Of a stretch of DNA of 61,945 nt, positions 1 through 13,679 are shown in pieces (positions within the stretch are counted from its first letter, which is position 1; the number at the start of each line of letters is the position of its first letter). The position numbers and the translations under genes were made by a program. Origin of the DNA: Gnetum montanum (lineage: Eukaryota > Plantae > Gnetophyta); NCBI GenBank assembly GCA_015680685.1, contig MNCI01003447.1, positions 1 to 61,945 of the forward strand, given 5' to 3'. The notes beneath the pieces are model-generated. The model searched no databases. It saw only the letters and a program-made list of their open reading frames with translations, and had not been told where the DNA came from.

Positions 1-1413
1 TCCTTTGCACATCTACGACAGTGAGGGGAGGATCCAAAGTTCATTCCCTATCCAACCATCCGAGATTTCTACATCTAGAAAAGAAGTTAGCATAGCGGGT
101 CGGGTATTCTAGGATTTTGAATGCCAGTTGTCCCATGACACCAGCTTGTACATTGCTAATAGAAGTAAATTCCCTTATAGCCCTTTTGGTCAATGATAAT
201 GTATCATTATTGCCCAGGAGACCACTATCATTGATAAAAAACCTACACCATAGGAAAAATTATTTACACTCAACACAAATTTAAACAGTAGTGAGCATAA
301 TGTAACACTGCAAGAAGAAACAAAAACTTACCCGCCTGCATAATACACAGTGCCCGGTGGATTCTGAAAGTAGGATTTGAGATGACAAGCCACGAATAGA
401 GTATTGTAGGCATGATAACAGTTAAATCTAGGCATCTCCCAGATCTAGGTCAAATGCCTCAAACCTTTAGCACTCTATTCACTATCTTGCACCTGCATAG
501 TTTCAATTGTACCATCTGACAAGAACATCAAGATGCTCTGCATCGAACCAACCAGTAGCATCTCTAAAATAGCAGCAACTATATCACCTGGTAGATGCGA
601 CCAGACGATTATGCTAAAATTATGAAGCAAAAACTACAAGAACTCCTGCGTGCCCCTTCAGAACCACACCGCCTCCTCCTTCATACGAGCATGAGGAGGA
701 GGAACATTGGTCGTGGGAACATGCATGCAGCATGGAACGCCCACAATGTCCAAAATAATTAGGATGGGCTTTAGCATAATTCTATACAAAAAAAATGCAT
801 TACTATTAGACAAACCATTTAGACATAAAAATCCACCACACGACATTAGGGTTCTCTTGATTCCCAGAAAGTTATAGATTTCACTAGAAACGCATGGTCA
901 GAATCGCCCAAACCCTTGCAACGACTCAAGATCTTTCTCTGACAACGGCAATGAAAGAAACACTACATATTACTCTAGCATAACATGAAACTATTATGGG
1001 AGTAAAGAAAAGAAAATAGAACCCTAATTATGCTACCCACAGGTACAATACCTAGACTTTTCAATTATACACTACGTTTGCTCAGTATTACTCAACGTTA
1101 CCTAAACCCTCGTAACAATACAAGGTTCGTCTCCAATAGCAAAGACAAAGGTAATATTGCAAACCATAATAGCTTAGTCTGTGTAAACAAATATTAATGC
1201 CCGATGCAACATGCACATTCAGAAAAAATATATATAACTACGACGCTGCAATAAGCATAATAACAGTGTAGGAGGATGAAAGGCGACTTACTGGTTGAGT
1301 GGAGTAACTTCTCGAGCCTCAACCCTGGCCTGCGAAGCCCACTGCAAACTTTCCTGCACTTTGTTGTCAATCCTTGACAGTTTAGCATTCTTCCCTTTGA
1401 CCTTTGGTGCCAT
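1..1413 (-). pseudogene. Antisense cargo gene, copy A, exons 1-3 (MAPK-start exon plus FCP1/NIF HAD-like domain)
   Basis: Exon 1 1413-1292 reads MAPKVKGKNAKLSRIDNKVQESLQWASQARVEAREVTPLN then GTAAGT. Exon 2 781-332 reads MLKPILIILDIVGVPCC...VWF*RGTQEFL*FLLHNFSIIVWS...IWEMPRFNCYHAYNTLF...QNPPGT. Exon 3 starts at 242. Introns are GT-AG and phase 2, matching copy C. Confidence 0.8.
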
Positions 1414-1533
1414 AGTTGCAATTGAAAGAGTTTTCACAAAATCGTCTGTTTATGCCTTGCTTCCGCTTCCTTCCTGTTGTAGCTAGATTCAAACTCATGA
1501 TATCTATGGCCTGTTCTGAGCATGAACCAGTGG

Positions 1534-1541
1534 TTTATAAA
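1534..1541 (-). promoter_or_regulatory. Candidate TATA box of the antisense cargo gene (copy A)
   Basis: TTTATAAA about 120 nt upstream of the minus-strand ATG at 1413; same context (TGAACCAnTGGTTTATAAATGAAATG) in copy C. Confidence 0.45.
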
Positions 1542-1996
1542 TGAAATGTTTGAATTTAACTAATTTTTTTTTCTGCCCGATTGATGCGGAACTTTCCCGA
1601 AATGCCAGTGTTAGCATGACACGAAATGCGAAGATCGAGGCATTAATTTCGTAGATATTGTGTGAATTACGGTCCAAAATGACCCTAAACTAATGCCTAG
1701 TTTATCACCTCGTAATCCAGTCACATTAACTATGGTCTGTACAAAAATTCAAATCCAATTATTTCGACACGCTAGACACGCCACACCGCATCTTTCATCT
1801 TATTTCATACGCTAGCATCTAGGAAAATTAGCTCGTCATTTTTTCACAAACTATGCATATTTGTAATGGTCCACTAAGACCTTAAACTGTAAGCTTCTCT
1901 AATACGTAACTTTGATGCAAAGAAAAATAAACTTTTATCGTTCAACAGATTGGCAGAAAAACAATGTAACAACTTCCGTTTTTGGTGATTTTGCAG

Positions 1997-4900
1997 GGCA
2001 ATTCGCAAATAAATGTAGCTTTATCTGCACCCTTAGCCTTAACAGGCCCGCATGGGAAGATCATTAGATAGCTCAATCACACGCTAATAGCAACAAACCT
2101 TTCCCTTTATGATGCAACCATAGCAACATCCAAAATATCCCTAGACTGGCCAAAACATCTGGCCCAAACTCTTGACCTAGAGGCTAGTGATGTAACCGAG
2201 GATCCTCTTAGCGAGGTCCATGTGGTTACGCACAAAGGTAAAAATAAAACTCTTAGAGTTAGTTCCCTCCTAGACCAACAGACACAGAGTGGCATAACAC
2301 AAGTGCTCCAAGATAATGTTGTTGTATTTGCGTGGTCGTACGAAGACATGCCAGGATTAGACTCGAGATTAATACAACATAACATAATCTTAGACCCACA
2401 CATCAAAGCAATTATATAGAAGGCATGCAAGATTAAGCCAGATATAGAGCTAGCAGTGCATAATGAAATCACTAAGCTGTATCAGGTTGGTTTCATTCGT
2501 GCAGTCGATTACTCAAATTAGGTGTTCAACATCGTAGTTGTCTCTAATAAAATGGGAGGCATACGCATCTGTATAGACTTCCAGGATCTGAACAAAGCCA
2601 CGATTAAGGACAATTTCCCATTACCGAGTATCGACCAACTGATCGATACAACAACTGGTCACACACTTCTATCCTTTATGGATGGTTTCTCAGGTTATAA
2701 TCAAATTCGTATTAATCTAGAACATCAATTGACCACAACATGTATGATGCCCTGGGGGACTTTCTGTTACATTATGATAAAATGCCAGAGCAACGTATCA
2801 ACAAGCCATAACATACATCTTTAACAACTACCTCTTAGGGAGATTGAACGACTATGTGGATGACATAGCTGTCAAGTCTGTAAAGTTGGATGATCATTCG
2901 GACGATCTAGAGTTAGTCCTTAAACGATTTCAGCATGACTTACAGCTCAACCCAAAGAAATGTGTATTCAGAGTCAAAACCAAATGCATGTTGGGGTTTG
3001 TAGTATCAGAGACTGGCATCCAAGTCGACCTGGACAAGGTTAAAGCCATCGTTGATTTAATGCCACCTACAAACCTTAAGGAACTACATGGGTTGCATGG
3101 CAGACTACAATTTATCAGGTGGTTCATTTCAAAGTTAACAAATAAATTACATCCCATGCAACATCTCCTTAAGAAGGGTGTTAATTTTGAATAGACTGAT
3201 GACTGCCAGTGTGCATTTGACAACTTGAAAAAGGAGCTACAACACTTACCAACGATTTTTCTGCCACAAAGGGATCAACCTTTTTACATTTATCTAGGTA
3301 ACTCAGACGTGTCTATAGTTGTGTTACTTTACCAAAAAAGGAACGATGGGTCAGAAGCCCCTATTTATTATCTCAATCATGCTCTATTTGTGTACGAAAC
3401 AAGGTACAATGAAGTGGAGCGTAACTGTTTGGCATTGGTTTTCACACTCAAAAAATGTAAGCATTATCTTTTCTACAGTCAGGTCAACATAATTTGCAAA
3501 AACAATGTTCTGTGTGCTATCTCAAACAGCTTGTATAATAGTAGGATAGCTCGCTGGAAAGCTATCACAGCCGAATTCGATTTACATTATGTTGGCCAAT
3601 CATCCACCAAAGGTTAAGCTATAGCTGACCAGCTGGCGACATTGCCTATTAACGATCAAGCTACGATAGAGCCATAATTTCTAAATGAGCATCTACATAG
3701 TTTAAGCCCTGTATCAATAGGCCTCGAAGCAATGTTATACTTTGACGGAGCTTCAAATACCAGAGGCGGTAGTGCTTCCGCTGTCATTATGCTTTCCCCT
3801 AAGGATGTATGTCCACTAGCTTACCGCCTGGGCTTCCCTTATACAAAAAATATGGCAGAGTATGAGGGGCTCCTTAGAGTATTGTTGACAGTTAGAGAAC
3901 TCAATGTTCAACACCTAGCAATCCGAGGCGATTCGATGCTCATCATCAACCAAATCATAGGAGTCTATGCCTACAAAGTTGTGCATTTATAGCCCTACTA
4001 CGATATGGCTAAAGATCTCCTAAAATAATTTGTGACAATCAATGCCCAACATGTGCCGCATAATGGAAACGCTATGGCCGATGCACTGGCCACATTGGCA
4101 GTAAACGTGCCACCACACTTGTTTGCCACTTGGCCAACTTTAATGATGGAATGTACAGATCCTGTCATTCAAGAGGTACAAATCTCTTCATTAAATGCAG
4201 GAGGAATGCCAGAATGGTACAATAATATTAAGACTTACCTTCTGCATGGCGAACCACCACACGAGCTAACACATGCACAAAAAGATGTAGTGCATAAGCA
4301 TGCTAGGAAATATGTCATCATCGGAGATAGTACTCTCTATAGATGCTCTTTCGATGGGGTATTGCTAACCTGCATTAATAATGACCAAGAATAATGAATA
4401 GTTAGCGAAGTCCATGAGGGACTGTGTGGAGGATACATAGCCCCGTGAGCCATGGCTGCTAAGATCAGATGCCTAGGATACTATTGGCCATACATGGAAA
4501 AAGATTGCCTTACCAAAGTTAAGACGTGTGGCACATGGCAATGTTACGTGAACTTAATACACATGTCACCAACCGAGTTACACACTACACAGATTACTTG
4601 TCCATTCCAACGATGGGGACTAGATATCATAGGTCCCATAATGCCTAAATCTTCCACAGGACATAGTTTCATTATCACTATCATTGAGTATTTCACAAAG
4701 TGGGTTGAGGCTATCCCTCTATGGAAGATTACATCTCAACAGGTTTACCATTTCATCTTAGACAATATAGTAACCAGATTTGGACTCCCTATGACTATTG
4801 TGACTGACAACAAGCCACAATTTAGTAGTACAGAGACCAAATCTTTTTGTGATGATCTTGGTATTAAGCAATCTTTTTCTTCACCCTATTACCCACAAGA

Positions 4901-5456
4901 AAATGGTCAAGAAGAAGAAACAAACAAGGTAATTATCAATCTACTTAAGAAGATGCTTAGCAACAACAAAAAATGATGACATGAAAAAATCCTCTACGTG
5001 CTATGGGTGTATCATACGACGTGCAAAACAGCTACAGATAAGATGCCCTATAGCCTAGTCTATGGATCCAAAGTAGTGTTGCCCTTGGAATTATAGGTTC
5101 CCTCATTGCGGATGGTCCTCTCCATAGTTATAAATGAGCCTGAAAACAATGAGTCTAGAATCGTGGATTTAGACTCAGTGGAGGAGAAACACATCTAGAC
5201 GCTCAACACCATCGAAAGATATCAGGACAAACAAAGACAGAAGCATCGGCATAATCTGCATCAATGACCAATCAAGAAAGGAGACTTAGTTCTCAAGGCC
5301 ATTCGTGAACCAGTAGGCAAATTCTTCACAAACTGGGAAGGCCCTTTCTTGGTCATCGGCGCATACAGCAATGGAGCATTCAAGTTAGCAGATATCGACG
5401 GCAACGAGCTACCAAATCCAGTGAATCATCTGTATTTGAAATGGTACTACATCTAA
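1997..5456 (+). pseudogene. pol: Decayed pol (RT, RNase H, archaeal-type RNase H, integrase), copy A
   Basis: RT motifs IRICIDFQDLNKA, SFMDGFSGYNQI and YVDD; RNase H APIYYL..YNEVE; aRH LYFDGAS..NMAEYEGL..RGDS; integrase WGLDIIGP, YFTKWVEA, NGQEEETNK. Many stops and frameshifts. Begins in frame after TTTTGCAG at 1996. Confidence 0.93.
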
Positions 5457-5479
5457 AGATCAACTCGACTCAAACACAA

Positions 5480-5800
5480 GGTAAAAAACGTCTGCTATGA
5501 TGTAAAACTGGCAAAGTTGTATACATCTGCTACAATGTAAAACTGGCATTTCTTGCACGCATCTACCAAGACGCTAAATTGGCAAATTTTTCGACCGTCT
5601 GCCATGACGTAAAACTGGCAAGGTAAGCACATGTTTTCTGAGAAGCTAAACCAGCACAGACTTGTCCCTAGGTCACGACATAAAACTAACACCCATAGCA
5701 CGTAGAACTAGCAAGTTTCAGTCTGCCCAGACGTTAAACTAGGACCACAGCCTACTGAAGCTTAAAACCAACAACAACAGTCAACCAATACTCAAAACTG
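5480..5800 (+). repeat. Degenerate tandem repeats downstream of pol (core GTAAAACTRGCA)
   Basis: Repeated (A/G)(C/T)GTAAAACT(G/A)GCA units; homologous array in C at about 52760-53080. Confidence 0.75.
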
Positions 5801-6983
5801 GAATCCGTCAATAGACAATCCACAAAGCAAGTGAGTGTGATCACTCTTGCACTGCATCCCTACCAAATGGAATGGGTAAGACGTTGGAACAAATGCAACG
5901 CCACTACCCCACTAACATCCTACTGATTCCTCAGACATGCCAAAAGGCATACTACTCACCCCTCATAGATGTTGCTATGATAGCTGCTCTGTAGTTGTAG
6001 CTCTTGGGATCAACTTCCCACTTTGGACCCGAAAGAAACTGTAGTCATCCATAGTCTCAGCGGCCTCCGTTCATCACCGTCACCAGACTCCAGCTTAGCA
6101 GATTCATTTGACTGCTTCTTTGCCCAGTCATTTGAGCAACATGAATCTGGTTGTCGATGGTGGCTTCATGAACCATGGCATCAGCATTAGGACCCTTTCT
6201 CCTTGCTACGGTCCCTATTTTGTGGCCTACACTCTTCTTTTCACTTTGGATGGCGCTTGTTTCAACAACCTCCCTCCATAGCAATTAGGACGATTGCTTT
6301 TGTGCTATGATCTCTGTTATGTTTTACAGGTTACTTGTTATGACAACGTTGATCGAGAATGCATTCATTAGAAGGAAAAGCATCATGGTGTTCTGAAGTG
6401 GCTGCTCAGATTAGCCTGGCTACTTAGGAGTGCAAACCCTACCTCTCCCTTTATTGGATACCTTATTTTGCTTTCCCCTTCCCTTGTCCTCACGACCGCC
6501 TTTACCCTCTTCTTTGCTTGTACAGAGTGTGAACATTCAAGAAAATTCTTTCGCATCAACATGTCCATGAATTGGCGTAATGTAACTTGCCTAGTGGAAT
6601 GTAATTCAAGAAAAAGGGTAAAGCTTGGTAAAATGTATGTAAAACAACTCATCCAGGGCACGTGGGCGTAACACAACTCGTTCGCGCAAGCCCTTCGTAT
6701 ACAGTATGATGGCATAACCTCTCGCAAATACATTTGCAGAAGGACGTAATGACTTTTTCACAAAAGTTTCATGTTCACATGCTTGAGGCTTCCCCGAACC
6801 TCCCTCTTCTCACTTCTGTAAAATCCATCCTATGCTTTCTTCCCTTCCCTGCCTTTGCACTTCCAGGTTTGACAGAGCGACATTTGAGCAATCTTTCACA
6901 GAGAGATGCTGTTGGTGCCTTCACCTCTCTGGTGTTTCATATTCTTTGTCGACGTCTTTTGGGCAAGCCCTCTAAATGTCAAC

Positions 6984-6992
6984 AAAGAGGGG
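6984..6992 (+). other. Polypurine tract, copy A
   Basis: AAAGAGGGG lies 4 nt before the LTR start TGAAACAC. Confidence 0.8.
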
Positions 6993-6996
6993 TCAT

Positions 6997-8577
6997 TGAA
7001 ACACCATGAAAATTTCGAGGCCTCAATGATTCAGCAAAATCTAGCAATTCAAGAAAGCAGTCACGACAAGGCATAGCACAGAAAGTTCCCTTTTCGATTA
7101 AGGGTCTATCCTGCCACGCTGCACAACATAACACAAATAAATTTTAGAAGACAGAACAAGGCAATGGATGCACGGCGACGAGCCTACAACTTTGCAAGTT
7201 TTCTATGTTTTGAAAATCTTAACTTTTAGCATATTACGCCGCATTACGCAACATAGCGTAAAGTCGCATGACATAGCATAATGTCAGAAGGCAGTCCACC
7301 ACAACATCAAAGATGGAAAATATTCAAGACTTTGATGACCTAGCAAAAATCTTAAGGTTTAGGCAATGATCTCCTGAATGCCGTGTATTTCAGCAAGTTT
7401 TCTTTCTCGGTTAAGGGGGGCCTATTACGCTGCATCACGTAGTGTGGCATAATAAACCCCTGAAGGATTGATCAGAAATAGAGGAAGCATGACGACAACA
7501 CTTCAATTTTTTGCAGGTTCACTATTTTATGCTGAATTACACTATGAAGCATAATTTGGTATGATGCAGCATAATCTAGTGGGATGCAGCGCAATCTAGC
7601 ATAACGCAGTGTAATACAAGCCATGAAAGAGATAACACAATTCAAATATCAGCAGTTCACATGCTACAATACGGTTTTTAGCGTATCGTAGCGTAATCTA
7701 AGAACAATTTGTTGCCAAAACTCCAAACAAGGGTGGTTTACGATGTATTACGCTTCAGAGCGTAATACAGCATGGCACTGCAAGCTTCAACAACAAACAC
7801 ATTAAGTCAACAACATTTTGTAGGTTCAGGACACGTGTCATCTAAACCACATTTTTCTCTTGACCCTAATCTTATAAATACTCCAATCAACAAAGATCAA
7901 AGGGGGGCAAAAAATTTCTCCTAAGATTGGAAAAATTTTCTCTGTGAATGATTTTTCCTTCTGTTGGCAATCATTGACAATTTTTAAAAGGATTGACAAG
8001 AGAACAAAGAGGATCAGTAATTGCAAGAATATCGAAGGCAATTGGCAAGAACCTTTGGTCAGAAATAGCTGGTTGACGGACATTCTGCTTCGGGTCCGAC
8101 CTCCTTGTACCCGGATCTGCTAGAACAAGGTAGATCGACCTTTGCTTGCTTCATCTTTGAACAACTTTCTTGTTGTTGGCATGTGCTTCACCCAAATTGA
8201 AGTCTACCTGTAATCGTTATGTTTAATATATTTTGTTCGTGAGCTGAATCCTAGATCTTGGGATTACCTCTGTTCTAAATCCAATCTCTTGTGCCCTATT
8301 TATACGAATCTTGCAAATCATTTTAAATGGATTACATCATTTTCAATTACCTTCTAAGTTAACAATATTATATCTTCTCATAAAGAACCATCATTTTTTC
8401 ATCCAAATATCACAAAATTTTTACTGATCAAGTAAGTCCCTATCTGATCGGCAAGACCTTTTAGGGCACCTCGGATTTGTTTTTCTCTAGCACGGTCCTC
8501 GCACGGATCCGGGGTTAGAACTATGTACACAGACTTTCGTTCGGTATTTCCAACGATCGACATTTTTCGTCATTAGA
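6997..8577 (+). repeat. 3' LTR of copy A
   Basis: Starts TGAAACACC and ends CATTAGA (C ends CATTACA); homologous to 38056-39506 and 54254-55709. Confidence 0.88.
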
Positions 8578-10072
8578 AGCATCACCTTTTTTTTTCATGT
8601 CTCCATGAATAATAGAGAGAAAACAAAATCATAGAAGTTTCCTGCCACCCTAATATGGCCACCACCGTCGCTTACCCACCATTTTCCAGTGTGCCATCCA
8701 GTACTTATGGATGAGAGAAGAGAGGCTTGATGGTTTTTTGTAGTGTACCAACTATTTGCAACATTTTAGCCTCCATTCACCACCTATCATTTGCTATTCG
8801 TCACCACTCACATGTGTAGAAACTCCTACTAGTAGGATGAGGCCCATTAGCAACAAAGAGAGGCACTACTACTATGGATATCCATCTGCAATGTCATCTC
8901 TTGCCACTATCAGCCACATGTCAGAGAGAGAAGCCACCCTCTATTCCCTTTTGTGGCCTTCACCATCAATTCTCCATTGAGAGAGGACGCCTGTTGTTTA
9001 TTTGAAAGTAAAAAAAAAAAGGAAAAGAGGGAATGATGTTGTTGCTATTTTGATGTCACTACAATTTCCTGCATTGTAGCTATTGCCTTTGACATGCAAT
9101 GTCCATGTCACCAGGGTTGTGTGTCTACTTCTGACACATCTACAACATCCATCATCAACTTCTACCCATTGGTAGCCACCTTCCACCATGGTCAGCTTAT
9201 GGAGGAAGAAAGGAAGATCCTACTGTGGTCATACTGCTTTCACCTGCCATCATGCCCACATCGTCTCTATCACTAGGATGATCCTACTTGTAGTACACCA
9301 TTCCTAAGAGAGAAACCAACCCTCCTCTTATCCCCTCATCATCCTCCTATCTCCTCTAGTTAATAGTAGCTTGTGAGAGAAGAAACCATCATCAACTATC
9401 ATCAACCATTGACTACCATCACTTGTCTTCTATTGCCATCTTGCATCAATATTTGTTTTCAAAGATAACATTTATGAAGTTTTTTTTTATCTATTCAGTA
9501 TCTATTAATGATTTTGTGCTAATGAAAACTTTTATGATGAATTCTATGCTATCAAATGAAATAGTAGTTATATCAAAAACGAGAGACTCATGGTTTAATT
9601 ACTAGAATCTTAAGCTCCTTGAGAAATATGGGTAAGTTACATTGTAAGTAGAAATAGTAAACTTGAAATCTTTGGATTTAATTCATGGTAAGTTATTTAA
9701 AAAAATAATACCATCTTCTTAGCTATTACAACCATACCTTTCATTAAATTAAAGTCTTAGTAACACATCCTTTGGTTAATTTGGATACAACTATGGTTTT
9801 TCGATGTAAAGATATTGGTTCCAAATACAATATGAATCCATTGGTTGGTCAGTAGGTGCCACGCTTGGTTATTCTCAAGATGGGCAAGATAACGTGTGAT
9901 TACTTGCATCAGCGAAGTTTTCAAGTGTAATTCATAGTCTCTTAACATAATGGATGTTTTTTTATTACAAATTTTATCACCTTGGCTAATGTTAATGATA
10001 CAAATTTTCTATTATGGATTGTAACTGTTGATCATGGCCCTGTGCAATAGCATGGGTGAGGTTGGCCTTAAC

Positions 10073-10158
10073 AATACCCATATGAGAGGCACCCTAGTCA
10101 ATAGTATCTTTAAATATGTTTTTTGGGTGTTATTGTGTTCAAAATTTACATATCAATA
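10073..10158 (+). repeat. 3' end of an older LTR of the same family as the solo LTR at 11903-12989
   Basis: ATACCCATATGAGAGGCACCCTAGTCAATAGT...CAAAATTTACATATCAATA aligns with GTACCCATGCAAGAGGCACCCTAGGCAATAGT...CAAAATTTATGCATCAACA (12901-12989). Confidence 0.65.
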
Positions 10159-11902
10159 GTAGGGTTGCACATATTTACATAAAGGAATCCTGTAGGAGGC
10201 AATGCTACCTCCTCGACCAACCATAATGTGCTAAAAAACATGGGACTTATGAAAGTTTCGTTGTTAAAACTTGCGATCGCCTTAAACTAGGAACATGATT
10301 TGGACCTTCATGTATGAAATAGTATGAGGGCAGGTTGAGGCAACTCCTCTAGGCCAATTCCTACAACTAGTTCTTGAACATGTCTACAACACAACAATGA
10401 GGAATGAAAGAAATGAAGTTTTCCAAATTATGGAGCATATAGATAAATATGGAGCTAGGAATAGGCATGAAGGAAGAAAAAAAAAGCCTTTTTCATTTGC
10501 AACAAAATTGTTCTTAGAGCTTTTTAGTTCACTTTTACTGTAAAAATGTCTCATACACAAACCATTACCACGGTTAGCCAACATGCTACTTCTGTGAAGT
10601 TTCATATGGCGATGTGTGCAAGGAACAACTTATTCTATCCTTGCCTTCATGCTATTTTGTAGGAGGAACCATATCAATTTCTTTCCTTTTTCATTTTAAT
10701 TTTTAGTTTCAAATATTCTGTTTTCTTTCTCTATTTTTAGACTATTCTTAAGAAGCCCACTATCTGAAGCAAGCTGATAGCTTTGTAGCAAAAAAAATTA
10801 AGGGAATTATAGTAGGAGCCTAAGAGAAAAAAACATAGCCCATATTCTAATGTAATTGAATGCCTTGAGTTAGTTCATGCTCTCTAATCTCTTGGAATAC
10901 ACAAGTACTTCAAATAAGATTAAATATGCTCTTGAATATGTTTGCAAGCCTTTCAATATAATGTTTTTTTATCATTTTTCCTAACTTTTTTCTTAGTCTC
11001 TCTTTTTCTTATAATGTTTTTGATATATATATTAGTCATTTGGGTGAACTATATTTTGGAAGGATGTCAAAGTAGTTGGATTTGGGAGTGAAGACCATGC
11101 ACACCTAAATCTTCTAACCACTACTTTGCATTCAGACTCATTGGTTACCCTTGATTCTTGGATATGCCTTTGATGACATAGTTGATAGCAACATATTCTA
11201 AATACAAACATTTTTGCAAAGCTTTTGGTCAGTAAATACACCTCCAATTTTGTTTCCTTACCTTGCTTTACTTTTTCTTCTATTGAGCTTAACTTACTTT
11301 TATCTATTGTGAAAGAGGGGATCTTTCCATGCTAGAAATAATGTCTTTCCATAAGAGAAAAAACTTATTGTAAAATTTGCAACCAAGTGGGCAGAAGAAA
11401 CTAAGGAAGGAACCTAATAGGTAATAAGGACTTGATTTGACTCATTTTTGGAAAATAATGGTAAGTCATTGATTATTTAATCGCCTATGTGAATATAATT
11501 ATCCATCACAATTTTGATATAGCACTGTTGGCAATGGTATGTGTTATGGTCAATGGATCATGTACATGCATATTTTTCTTTTTATCATGTGAGGAGAATT
11601 TGGAGATCATTACCATTTCTATTTCTATAGGGGTTTGCTTCCTCAGTATATATCCCTCAGTTTTCATGGATGCAGATTTTTACCTTGATAAACTTGCACA
11701 TATATTCAATCTTGGGGTACACTTATCAAACTATTTGATGACTAAGAAAATTTTTAAGTATATTTTTTTCCTTTTCAAATTATTTTTTGACTTATGCAAT
11801 TTTCTATCTATAATATCTTACCTACCTTACAATCCCCAAACATCTTCAAAGTATGTCATAGACATGATAAGTCATGTATTGGAAGAAATACATCTATGGT
11901 AC

Positions 11903-12989
11903 TGTTGATGTCAACACTCCCATGCTCGCATGGGGCCATGATTACCAATGTTTCTATTTCTCTCCCTTAATAACCACAGTAAAAATCATGCGAGTAGTGG
12001 GAATTTAAACTATTGGGTGGTGGTCATTAATGATGGTAGTTACAGTCATTAGTGGCAAATATTTTAGAAGTTATGATAGTTACAGTTATTAATGGTGACA
12101 ATTATGGACATTAGTGGCAAACGTTTTGGAAGTTATGGCGATTATGATCATTAATGATGGTAGTTATGGTCATTAGTAGTAGATGTTTTGGAAGTTATGA
12201 CAGTTATGGACATAAGTGGGCACTTAATTGGAGAATGTGAGAGTTATTACACTAGACGTGGTGGTGGTTTTTGTAGCCGTTACATGAAATGTATGCATCA
12301 TTATGGATGGCTGTAGTGGATATAAAATGGAGTCTAGAGTGGGGCTCTTAGAGCTTTGAGAAGAGGGAGTCCCAAAACAGGCTCTCGCTATTAGTTTGGA
12401 GGGGTAGCTTCCTCTCCACTAAGCAGTAGTTTTCTATTTTCTTTTCTTTTCTTTATAGGCTTCAAGTTGATCTTCGAGGAGGATCCAAGGTAGGAGCTAG
12501 CAGCTCAAAATCGGATCCTTGCAAGTCTTCTTGATGACGGCAGGAGTTTGTCATGGTGGTGTAGACATGGGTGAACGATCTTCCTCTCTACGACAGTGCA
12601 CAAAAGGTGGAAGATGGTAGAAGGCTTTAAGAACTGTGGTTGCTACCATGTGTGGGTGGCAGTGGGTAGTCTTTTTTTTCTCTCTCCCTCTCTCGTGGTG
12701 ATCGTGGCCTTCCTACCTAGCAGTGGACACCATTGGTAGTCACGAACCAACAACATCAATGGGACAAGGGAAAATTTAGCTCTTTTAATTACTTATTGTA
12801 TTGAAGATAGTTATTTAATTTAAATTCCATATTTCTTTCTAGTTTATTATTTGCAAAAGGCCATGTAGCTTCCTCCAGTTGAGACTATTCCTAGGTTTCT
12901 GTACCCATGCAAGAGGCACCCTAGGCAATAGTCTTCTAAAATGAGTTTTCTTCCTCGATGTTGGTGTGATCAAAATTTATGCATCAACA
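11903..12989. mobile_element. Solo LTR (1087 bp)
   Basis: Perfect 8-bp termini TGTTGATG...CATCAACA, flanked by a GGTAC duplication (11898-11902 and 12990-12994). Internal degenerate tandem repeat at about 12020-12230. Confidence 0.88.
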
Positions 12990-13679
12990 GGTACTTTCAT
13001 GAAGATGGCTTACCTAAGGATTGCAAGACATTTTTTTATAATATTTACAAGTTATTTTCTTTGGCTTGCATTTTTTTGATGGTTATACTTATATACAAAC
13101 TGTAATAAGATAGAAAATGACCAAGATTCTTCTTCTTCTAACATGATGATTCCTGTTATTGAGCTCAAGGTTCAACCTTCCTTTAAGGGCTTTTGTGGCT
13201 TTGTGACTTTACATGTTGAAATATTTCATCATAGTTGAGTTGAATGAGAGAGGCATATTATTCATCCCACCAAAGCCAGATCTTAGGAAGAGTGGTAAAT
13301 GAGTGAAAGCCTAACCTCTTTTGAGTGGCTACACCTAGGCTCAAATCCAAATCTTACAACAAGCACCTTACCATCCCTCCAAGTGGTGGTCCTTGACTAA
13401 ATTCTAGAAGAATTAAAATTTTCCTATTGTTTTGTACATTTTGCATAAATATAATTGGGCTAGATGTTGTTTGAAATCAAATTGATCTTTTATTCTCAAA
13501 GTCATGATTTAATTTCATAGAAAATCAATTTTTACACATCGTAAATTTTTACATTCATTGAGATAAATCAAGTTAATTTCATTTCTAAGTATATTAAAAA
13601 AAACTTAAAACTATTAAGAGTCCTTGTGATATATCAACATCACCTTTAAGAGTAACGTAAAAGATGTACTAAATTAATT

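Larger units (their letters stand above)
1..8577 (+). mobile_element. Tat-clade Ty3/Gypsy LTR retrotransposon, copy A (5' part lies outside the window)
   Basis: Colinear with element C from the antisense cargo exons through pol, 3' repeats, PPT and 3' LTR. Domain order RT-RH-aRH-INT. Confidence 0.93.

Noticed and set aside
11489-11908. 139-aa hydrophobic ORF, and the similar one at 24116-24391 (env-like candidates)
   Set aside because: Hydrophobicity follows from T-rich low-complexity DNA; no recognisable motif or conserved counterpart.
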